Below the pieces are notes generated by a model. That model worked only from the letters and a program-made list of their open reading frames with translations, was not told where the DNA came from and ran no database searches. Of a stretch of 61,200 nucleotides of DNA, positions 18,083-25,265 are shown in pieces. A program made the position numbers and the translations under genes. This stretch comes from a virus (taxonomy: Duplodnaviria; Caudoviricetes): positions 1 through 61,200 of IMG/VR virus record IMGVR_UViG_3300048574_000463, one strand, 5' to 3'. Within the stretch, counting starts at the first letter, position 1. Every line of letters begins with the position of its first letter.

Positions 18083-19456
18083 CTACTGTATGAACTCAAA
18101 CCTTAGACCGTATAGGTCCGCTGTTTGCGAAGCGTCGCCTGTGGCCTCTGTAAACCCGAAATAAACGTGCCCCAGGCTGGTGTTGTCTGAAGTGGAAAAG
18201 GCCGTGGGCATAAGATAATCCACAAGCGGCGACGATCCGGAATAGTTGACCGTCACGTCCATGAAGGCAGCCGCTGCCGACGGCCGCCCATCCACGACCC
18301 ACACCTTGATTTCGTATTTCCTGGTGGACGTATTACGAAGAACTTCAATTCTGATGGTGTGGGTTGCGCCATCTTCCAGCCAATTATATCTGTTGTAGCC
18401 ATTCCCCAAAGACCCCTTGGCGTAGCCGACATCCTTGTTTTTGATCTTTGCGGAACTCTCATACTCTGGGTTTTCCGGATTGTTTGAGCTGCCGCCAGCC
18501 CCATGATAGTTATCGTCCCTGTATCCTGCGTCGTCTCGTTGGCCCCAAAAGAGCGCCGCAATGTGGTTATTGTCGCCGTCGTCATTGCGGGTAGTGTTCG
18601 GATAGGTATCGACTTCGACGCCTATCTTGGGCGGTCTGATGCCGACGCTGTGGACGCCAAGCCCGGCGTATCCCAGGTATTCGCCGTAACTCTCGCCCGA
18701 TGCTGCGCCGCCTGCGGCCGTATCAGGGTCGTTGTTTCCGGCGTTCATGATGCAAAAGGCCATCACGTCGGCGGCTGTCGAGCTGTTTGTGGAGGCGTCT
18801 TTGTCGTTGAAAACAAAGCTGAAGACGACGCGCAGGCCGTTTCCCAGGGCGCATTTGCCGTCGGAACATGCGCCGACCGGACAATTTCCGCCAGGGCAAA
18901 AGCCGCGATCACCGCGATACCAGATTGCGCCATTCGTATTCGTGAGGCTGTTGGCGAATCGTATCCAGGACTCGCCGCCGTATTTGTTCAAGAGCGCCTG
19001 CCATTGCGCCGCCGTGTAGCCGTCCGGCCTGGTCGCCTCGGGAGAGAAATTGGTTATGGCCTCGTCCTGGTTTTCGATCTCCGGGCCAAAGTCGCTGAAA
19101 CCCTCCTCGGGCTCTTCTGCCGGGTAGGTTTTTTGGGAGGCGAAATGGGCGTCGCCTGCCGCGGCGCCCACGCTGGTGACGGCGAAAGGCCCGAGGCCGG
19201 AGCCGGTATAGGACAGGGTAAAAGTTGAATCGCCAAGTGTATATGTTGATGGATTGGCAGACTGTTGAATCTTACGCCAGGCCTTTAGGCCAGACATTGA
19301 CGCATAATAGGCTTGAGAAGAACGTGATTGAGATATTTCTGATGTTGTAGACGATGAATCAAAATACGCTATGCCTGTTGCCAAAGAGCCGATAAGAACA
19401 ATAGAGGCAATCACATATAAGAGGGCTGCTCCCATTGTGTTCAAGTTTGCCTCCAT
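18083..19456 (-). CDS. PilX-like pilin N-terminus fused to a legume-lectin-like domain
   Basis: G-AALLYVIASIVLIGSLA hydrophobic helix plus QAYYASMSG; lectin-like GVEVDTY...NHIA and YFGFTEATG. Confidence 0.65.
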   Translation of the reverse strand: MEANLNTMGAALLYVIASIVLIGSLATGIAYFDSSSTTSEISQSRSSQAYYASMSGLKAWRKIQQSANPSTYTLGDSTFTLSYTGSGLGPFAVTSVGAAAGDAHFASQKTYPAEEPEEGFSDFGPEIENQDEAITNFSPEATRPDGYTAAQWQALLNKYGGESWIRFANSLTNTNGAIWYRGDRGFCPGGNCPVGACSDGKCALGNGLRVVFSFVFNDKDASTNSSTAADVMAFCIMNAGNNDPDTAAGGAASGESYGEYLGYAGLGVHSVGIRPPKIGVEVDTYPNTTRNDDGDNNHIAALFWGQRDDAGYRDDNYHGAGGSSNNPENPEYESSAKIKNKDVGYAKGSLGNGYNRYNWLEDGATHTIRIEVLRNTSTRKYEIKVWVVDGRPSAAAAFMDVTVNYSGSSPLVDYLMPTAFSTSDNTSLGHVYFGFTEATGDASQTADLYGLRFEFIQ

Positions 19457-19532
19457 TTATTTGTGTTGCAAACAATTTGCAGGCTAGTTGCAAAAAAATT
19501 TTGTTTATCTGATCCCCGCCCTCCGCCTTGGA

Positions 19533-19868
19533 TTACGCGGAGGCAGGGAGCTTTTTGGGGGTTTCGGACGGTCTATCCCCTGGCGCTTCTTGGCGGTCAA
19601 GGTCTGCATGGACTCTCGCGGTAGCAAGAAGGTCGTCGAAGTCTGCCCCGACAGCCTTGGCCATCTTTAACGCATCCGCAAGCCGGATATTCCCCGGGAC
19701 ATTGGCGATTCGTTCCCATTTCTTGTTGTCTATTTTGCCGAACGCTTTTTTGAGGAACTGCGAAAGATTAAATGGTTCGCCGCCCGGAACCCGGTCTTCT
19801 CGGGGCGGGAACTTTTTAGCCGCATACTGGCGTATGAGTTCAACATATGCGCGAGACACTTCTTCCAT
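19533..19868 (-). CDS. Probable CI-like repressor (XRE-like, no S24 peptidase domain)
   Basis: Divergent from cro; AGGAGG RBS; IRLADALKMAKAVGADFDDLL. Confidence 0.6.
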   Translation of the reverse strand: MEEVSRAYVELIRQYAAKKFPPREDRVPGGEPFNLSQFLKKAFGKIDNKKWERIANVPGNIRLADALKMAKAVGADFDDLLATARVHADLDRQEAPGDRPSETPKKLPASA

Positions 19869-19905
19869 CCTCCTTAAATACCAGCCAGGAATGAGCAAAT
19901 CAATT

Positions 19906-19957
19906 AGGCAAAACGCCTGACTTTGGGCTTGACCAACTATGGTAAAATGCCTAGGAT
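19906..19957 (+). promoter_or_regulatory. PR-like promoter with two operator sites
   Basis: TTGACC(19929-19934)-N17-TAGGAT(19952-19957); operators at 19906-19918 and 19940-19952. Confidence 0.7.
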
Positions 19958-19964
19958 TCGCACC

Positions 19965-20168
19965 ATGAACATCCGGGAGCGAATTACCACTTTTTTGTCC
20001 ATGTCCGGCTGGTCCGTGAACCGTCTCGCAAAGACAGCGGGAGTGGACCAGTCCAGCCTGTCGAAATTTCTACGTGATCCGGACCGTGGGCTGAACTCGC
20101 GGACCATTGAGCGGCTATGGGCGACCATGGACGCCCCCGCCCAGCCCCAGGAGGCCCCCAATGTTTGA
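19965..20168 (+). CDS. Cro-like HTH regulator
   Basis: SVNRLAKTAGVDQSSLSKFL; ATG 7 nt after the -10 box, so probably leaderless. Confidence 0.8.
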   Translation: MNIRERITTFLSMSGWSVNRLAKTAGVDQSSLSKFLRDPDRGLNSRTIERLWATMDAPAQPQEAPNV

Positions 20169-20274
20169 TGACCTTCTCGACCACCCCTTGGCCACGGCCA
20201 CGATGATCTGCGTCATCATCGGCCAGCTTTCCAACCTCGTCGCCAACCTGTGCGTCATCTTTGGTACGCGCTGA
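20161..20274 (+). CDS. 37-aa hydrophobic peptide
   Basis: MFDDLLDHPLATATMICVIIGQLSNLVANLCVIFGTR with GGAGG RBS, overlapping the cro end. Confidence 0.45.
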   Translation: MFDDLLDHPLATATMICVIIGQLSNLVANLCVIFGTR

Positions 20275-20704
20275 TAACGGCCACATAATCCTTGTGGCGG
20301 CGGGCCAGGGACACATGAACAAGAGGGGCGTCGGTATGAAAGAGCACAGGCGTGGACTTCGTGATGCCGGACGGAACCAAAAGAGAGATGCTTTTTCGCG
20401 TCTTATCCGTCCTGGCGTACCCGGCGACGCCGCCAAGGGTGTCGTACTCGATTTGCCCGGCGAAGGTTCCGCATTGAAGCTCTACGGCCGTCACCAGGAT
20501 ATCTTTCTGCCCCCGGTTCTCGATGTGAATTTTCGTCTCGATCATCCCGGCAACCGGGTTGGGCCGGTCAAGGCGGATTCGCGGCTTGTCCTGGCTCTGG
20601 TTTCGAGCCCAATTCAGGAAGGCGAACACGCCACCGGCCAGGGCCGCCACGGCTGCGACGCAAGAGGCAATCGGGCCGTAAACCTGAACGAAGTCGAGGG
20701 GCAT
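20255..20704 (-). CDS. Antisense moron: single-TM protein with beta-rich domain
   Basis: IASCVAAVAALAGGVFAFLNW TM, then KPRIRL..IENRG..VTAVEL. Confidence 0.6.
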   Translation of the reverse strand: MPLDFVQVYGPIASCVAAVAALAGGVFAFLNWARNQSQDKPRIRLDRPNPVAGMIETKIHIENRGQKDILVTAVELQCGTFAGQIEYDTLGGVAGYARTDKTRKSISLLVPSGITKSTPVLFHTDAPLVHVSLARRHKDYVAVISAYQR

Positions 20705-20807
20705 GGGTATGACCTCCAAAGAATGGCTTTTCCTTGCAGCCCTCGTGTCCATCATCATTTCTGCCCTGTCAAACCTTGCTGCCATGTCAATTCAGCATGT
20801 GCAGTGA
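20703..20807 (+). CDS. 34-aa hydrophobic peptide
   Basis: MGMTSKEWLFLAALVSIIISALSNLAAMSIQHVQ with GAGGGG upstream. Confidence 0.4.
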   Translation: MGMTSKEWLFLAALVSIIISALSNLAAMSIQHVQ

Positions 20808-20835
20808 GCCAGGGGAAAACCCAGGAGTCCCAGCC

Positions 20836-21114
20836 GTGACCAGCATTCTCACCTGTGTCGTCTGCGGCGGCCCGCCTCCCGGTGCGCGCATCGTCCATAC
20901 GCTGTTCGTGTGCCGGTCCTGCCTGGAGAAGATCGAGGACTTTCCGGACGCGGCGGTCTGCTTCTGGTGCCGCGAGGATACGCAGGTCCACCACTTCCCC
21001 GGTGTTCGCGGGGCTGGCGGGCTTCCGACGTGCCGGGCCTGCCGGGACAGCTTTGTGAAGCAGCTTGCCGTCGCGCAGACCGTGGCGGCCAACCCCCAAC
21101 CCCAGGAGAAATAG
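20836..21114 (+). CDS. Double zinc-finger protein
   Basis: Four CxxC motifs; AGGAG RBS, GTG start. Confidence 0.6.
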   Translation: MTSILTCVVCGGPPPGARIVHTLFVCRSCLEKIEDFPDAAVCFWCREDTQVHHFPGVRGAGGLPTCRACRDSFVKQLAVAQTVAANPQPQEK

Positions 21115-21117
21115 ACC

Positions 21118-21276
21118 ATGTCCGCTCTCGAAGAAATCCTGTCCGAAATCCGCCGCATCCGCATCGCCGTGGAGCGCCAGAACGCCCTGAACGAGGTCCT
21201 TGTGGCCGACGTCAAGGACGTCAAACGCGGCACCTACATGTCCAGCCGTGGCGACGAAGCCAAGAAGGACTCGTAG
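21118..21276 (+). CDS. Small hypothetical protein
   Basis: MSALEEILSEIRRIRIAVERQN with AGGAG RBS. Confidence 0.55.
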   Translation: MSALEEILSEIRRIRIAVERQNALNEVLVADVKDVKRGTYMSSRGDEAKKDS

Positions 21277-21279
21277 GCC

Positions 21280-21480
21280 ATGACATCCATCACCATCAAA
21301 CTGGATAGGGCGCTGCGGGAGGAGTTGCGGGAGGTCTGCGACCGCGATCCCCAAGATTTTATCAGCGGCGGCCAGGAGTTGTTCCGAGTCCTTAAAGAGG
21401 CGTTCCCGGTATATCACGACTTTTCCACCAAACAATCCCTGGCCCGCGACTTTTCCACGGCCACTTTCTACCGGGACTAG
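21280..21480 (+). CDS. Small hypothetical protein
   Basis: ORF in a tightly packed operon. Confidence 0.5.
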   Translation: MTSITIKLDRALREELREVCDRDPQDFISGGQELFRVLKEAFPVYHDFSTKQSLARDFSTATFYRD

Positions 21481-21483
21481 CCC

Positions 21484-21798
21484 ATGCGCCACGACCGCAC
21501 CGGCCGCATCTACCACGATCCCGTTTCCCGCCCGGCCCATGTCGTCGAGTCCGGCGACATACACCGCTGCACGGTCTGCGGGGCCGAGACGAGGGCAGAA
21601 GGCCGGTTGCTCAAGACGTGGTTTGAATATCATGGCCTGTGTCCACTCCGGGCAGCGCAAGCTGGTACATCACGCCCCCTGGCCATCGCTCCAATACCAT
21701 CCCGGAAGCCCGCGCAAGCATCGCTTCCAGGGATTCCCCCTGCGGGGCGTGAAAAGACCGCCAAAAGACCTCACTGGCGCGAATCACGCGCATCGTGA
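21484..21798 (+). CDS. Hypothetical protein
   Basis: CTVC and HGLC motifs; operon context. Confidence 0.45.
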   Translation: MRHDRTGRIYHDPVSRPAHVVESGDIHRCTVCGAETRAEGRLLKTWFEYHGLCPLRAAQAGTSRPLAIAPIPSRKPAQASLPGIPPAGREKTAKRPHWRESRAS

Positions 21799-21909
21799 CC
21801 AGCAGGCACCCAGGCTCACGCTCGACGGTAACGGATAGGCTGTTGTCCATGGTGAGAGCGTAGGGGCTAAAATGGCCCCTTCAAAAGAAAAAATACCGGG
21901 GAAAGTTCC

Positions 21910-22410
21910 ATGGAAGGCAAAGAAGATCGGGAAGAGCGCAAAAAGCATTTCAGGCTTTCGGCGCATATTCTCTACGACATTTTCCGCATCCGCAAGATCG
22001 TGAACCCCTACGAAGCCGAGGACGCAACGGGGATTCCGGCATCAACCTGGAATAAATACATCTTGGGCGAGACTCCTTGCCCGCCGGAGGCGTTTGCGTT
22101 GCTCTACGCATCATTTCCGCCTGCCCGCCCTGCGCTTTATCGCATCATCTGCCCGGCTGGGTTTGCACTCATCAAGAGCGGCGAAGATCGCCCGGCGCTT
22201 ACCGAGTTGCGGGCTTGCAGCACCATGACGGACATAGCGTCATCCCTTGGGAAGGTGGCTGACAAAATCAAGTCCGCGCTCGACGACGACGGGAGGCTTT
22301 CTCGGAAAGAACTCCTGGAAATCATGGAATCCACCGTGGGAGTGCATGAGGTCATCGTGGGGCTCTTGCATGGAGCGGAGAACGCCGTCACAGCGCAGGC
22401 GCGGCAATGA
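21910..22410 (+). CDS. CII-like phage regulatory protein
   Basis: N-terminal HTH-like region and ALDDDGRLSRKELLEI motif. Confidence 0.6.
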   Translation: MEGKEDREERKKHFRLSAHILYDIFRIRKIVNPYEAEDATGIPASTWNKYILGETPCPPEAFALLYASFPPARPALYRIICPAGFALIKSGEDRPALTELRACSTMTDIASSLGKVADKIKSALDDDGRLSRKELLEIMESTVGVHEVIVGLLHGAENAVTAQARQ

Positions 22411-23759
22411 TCGGCCAGCAAATGCCCGCGTCCTTCGACACGGCTCGTGGACGTGAGCCGACGCTGTGCCGGGCCGGGATCGCCGCAGAAAAAAACGGGC
22501 GCAAGCTGGCCACGGGCAGCCGGTTCCTGTGCCCACGCCTCGGACCGATGACGCGCGAAAAGTGTCTTGGGAATTTTCAGGCCGGGCATTCGGCCTGCAC
22601 CACGGGCTTCGTCTGCGGGATTGGCAGGCTTGAGGCCGAAAAGGAGGGATTGGACGTGGGATACAACACGAAGAAAGGCGACTGCGCGTGCGGCACCAAG
22701 GATGTGCAGCTCGACAAGTACGGACGGTGCTACAAATGCCAAGCCGCGATCCGGGACAAGGCCCGCAGGCTTGCCAGGATGACGCCTGCCGCTTCCGAGG
22801 ACGCTACGCCGCCCGTCGTTCCGAGCGAGGCTGCGCCGTCCATTCAGGCGGTGCAGGGCGGGTGTCCGGCGTTCGACCCCCACGCCAAGATCGACTTTCC
22901 AAACGGTGCGGCCGCCCGTGAATTGGTAGAGCATCACGGCCGCCTGCTCGTGGCCGAAAACGTGACCCCGGAACCGGCGGACCTGTCGGACGATCCGGAC
23001 CTGTCGGACGATCTGGATTTGCCAGACGCGGGCTATGCGCCGGGCGTGACGGCGGTGGTCGAGACGCTGCCGCCCGAGGGGCAGTTGGTGGGCGACGAAG
23101 ACCAAGAAGATGAAGGGGCGTTTCATCGGTTGATGTCCGCGCTGTCAGACACGTCTGATCTGGCGCCTGCCGAGGCAGGGAGCAAAGTCTTGCGGGCGCT
23201 GGAAGAATGGGGGTCGGTGCTCAAGGCTGCAATCCTGCCTGACGACGCCGAGAAAGTTGCGGAGGCAGTAAATAACGTGACCCGCTGTCTTGACGAATGG
23301 CAGTCAGCCCTTGGCGCAGCGGCCATGGAATCCGACGAAGACCCCGCGCCCGGCGCCTGCCAGGGCTGGCCGGAAACGGCCGGCACGCTGGTCATCGACG
23401 GGATGGAGTTTGAGGCGTTCACCTCCACCCGGGCCAAGGCCAGCCCGACGCCGCTTCTCTCCGTGCAGTCCGGGAAGACCTTCAGCTTCAACACCGGGGC
23501 CATTGAAACTTTCGACCTTGCCCGCTTCGCCTATGTCGAGCTTTTCGCCAGCGCCGACCGCAAATCCGTCGCCTTCCGGTTTTCCGAGGATTCCCCGGCC
23601 AGCGGGCGCGGCGTCAAGGCCACGGACTCCAAAGACCGGCTCCGCAAGCGCATCGGCGCGCAAGGCTTCATGAGCGCCTTTGGCCTGGACCTTAAGGGCA
23701 AGGGGCCGTGGCCGGTCGAGCAGCCGCAACCCGGCGTACTTGTTGCGAGGGTGGGATGA
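22407..23759 (+). CDS. Hypothetical multidomain protein (Cys-rich N-terminus, acidic linker)
   Basis: 450-aa ORF coupled to the CII-like gene. Confidence 0.65.
   Translation: MIGQQMPASFDTARGREPTLCRAGIAAEKNGRKLATGSRFLCPRLGPMTREKCLGNFQAGHSACTTGFVCGIGRLEAEKEGLDVGYNTKKGDCACGTKDVQLDKYGRCYKCQAAIRDKARRLARMTPAASEDATPPVVPSEAAPSIQAVQGGCPAFDPHAKIDFPNGAAARELVEHHGRLLVAENVTPEPADLSDDPDLSDDLDLPDAGYAPGVTAVVETLPPEGQLVGDEDQEDEGAFHRLMSALSDTSDLAPAEAGSKVLRALEEWGSVLKAAILPDDAEKVAEAVNNVTRCLDEWQSALGAAAMESDEDPAPGACQGWPETAGTLVIDGMEFEAFTSTRAKASPTPLLSVQSGKTFSFNTGAIETFDLARFAYVELFASADRKSVAFRFSEDSPASGRGVKATDSKDRLRKRIGAQGFMSAFGLDLKGKGPWPVEQPQPGVLVARVG
22979..23014 (+). repeat. 18-bp tandem duplication
   Basis: GGACCTGTCGGACGATCC followed by GGACCTGTCGGACGATCT. 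Confidence 0.85.
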
Positions 23760-23944
23760 TGCTGGATCTGTTCGGCGGACAATACGGCGGCCCGGGCCAG
23801 GGCGACGAGCTCATCATTGATTCGTTCGCCGGAGGCGGCGGTGGCGCTGTGCGAGGATGAGGGGGTGGGGCGGTGTTGAGCGGGGGCGTTGTGTCCACCA
23901 TCCACCACGGCGCAGACCCCGCGACGGCCCGTAGGTCGTCTTGA
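23756..23944 (+). pseudogene. Two methyltransferase N-terminal stubs
   Basis: 23756-23860 encodes ELIIDSFAGGGG (C5-MTase motif I-like) then stops; 23891-23912 matches the first 22 nt of the 5131-6300 MTase at 19/22. Confidence 0.5.
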
Positions 23945-24005
23945 GCAGAGAAAGCACCGCCATAGTCGCCCACAGGAGCGAGAGGGGCATAGGGGAGAGA
24001 GGACG

Positions 24006-24284
24006 ATGACGACAATTCGAGTGGGGCGATATGAACTTGAGCCAACCGCTGTGTCCGTTGATCTATACGAGATCGTAACGGCGGGGAAAAAGTCGAAAAA
24101 TCCTGGCCAGCAATACCGCGTGCCTGTCGGGTATTTCGCCGGATACGCGTCAGCGGGGCGGCGGTTGCTGGAGCTGTTGCAAAACGAAAGCGACGCGACG
24201 GACATGCGGGCGTTGATTGCCGCCACGGAGTCGGCCAAGCGCGAGATCATAGAAGCGCTACAGGGGGCCAGGGATGGAGGATAA
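24006..24284 (+). CDS. Hypothetical protein
   Basis: MTTIRVGRY with GAGG RBS. Confidence 0.6.
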   Translation: MTTIRVGRYELEPTAVSVDLYEIVTAGKKSKNPGQQYRVPVGYFAGYASAGRRLLELLQNESDATDMRALIAATESAKREIIEALQGARDGG

Positions 24285-24477
24285 CGCGATGGCTGAAGTG
24301 TTTTTGGCGGTGTATCTGTTGATGACGACAGTTATTTCCATGTTGCAGTTTCCAGACTTACAGGATGGGACGCCACGTCGTCGCCTACGTGCGCGGGTGA
24401 TACTGGCGATGGCTGGCCCCGTGGGTTGGTGCATATTATTTTGCGTGGGCGTAGCCGAGTTGATGCGGGACTCATAG
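24274..24477 (+). CDS. Small two-TM protein
   Basis: Two hydrophobic segments. Confidence 0.5.
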   Translation: MEDNAMAEVFLAVYLLMTTVISMLQFPDLQDGTPRRRLRARVILAMAGPVGWCILFCVGVAELMRDS

Positions 24478-24527
24478 CATAAAAACAAGGCCCGCGTCGT
24501 CCAGGTGCGAGGGATAAAGGAGCCTGC

Positions 24528-25265
24528 GTGATCGACCTCAATTCGTCTACGTCGCTTGGTGACCGCCTCAATGACCGCCTCGATGCGGCCATGGCTCTGG
24601 CCCATGCCGCCGAGACGCCACGCGACTACCTCGGCGCGTCGATCCTCGGGGATACATGTGAGCGCGCCGTACAGTACCGCCACATGCGTGTGCCGCCGGA
24701 CCAAGGCAAAGGATTTCCTCCGCGCGTGTTGCGCTGTTTTGATCGTGGGCATTGGGCGGAGAGCTATGTCATCGGCCTACTCAAGCGCACCGGGATCGTG
24801 CTGCTCGAAAACGATCCTGACACCGGTCAACAATGGGAATTCACCACCCTGGGCGGACGGGTTCGGGGACACGCCGATGGCGTCATCGTCATGTGGCGCG
24901 GCGCCGGGCCCGCGCCGATCCCGCTGCCCGCTCTCTGGGAATGCAAGTGCCTCAACAACAAGTCCTGGGGCAAGTCGCGCCGCGACAAGCTGCGCGTCGC
25001 GCATCCTCGCTACTACGCGCAGATGCAGCTCTACATGGGCGGTCTGGGCCTTGAACGGGGGCTTTTCACGTCTCTCAATGCCGACACCATGGAGCTCCAT
25101 CACGAAATGGTGGCCTTCGACCCGGCCGCGCAGCAGGCGCTTTTGGCCCGGGCTGAGAGGCTTCTCCTGGCGACGTCGGCGGGCGAGATGCTGCCGCGGG
25201 GGCTGGCCGACGCATCGCGTTTTGAATGTAAATACTGCGACTGGTCGGAGCGGTGCTGGGCATGA
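24528..25265 (+). CDS. Cas4-like PD-(D/E)XK exonuclease (solo, phage-type)
   Basis: YLGAS..G..C.R, GHADG, WECK, QMQLYM, CKYCDW...C. Confidence 0.85.
   Translation: MIDLNSSTSLGDRLNDRLDAAMALAHAAETPRDYLGASILGDTCERAVQYRHMRVPPDQGKGFPPRVLRCFDRGHWAESYVIGLLKRTGIVLLENDPDTGQQWEFTTLGGRVRGHADGVIVMWRGAGPAPIPLPALWECKCLNNKSWGKSRRDKLRVAHPRYYAQMQLYMGGLGLERGLFTSLNADTMELHHEMVAFDPAAQQALLARAERLLLATSAGEMLPRGLADASRFECKYCDWSERCWA

Noticed and set aside
24528-25265. Cas4-like gene as part of a CRISPR system
   Set aside because: No repeat-spacer array or other cas genes seen; the context is phage replication/recombination
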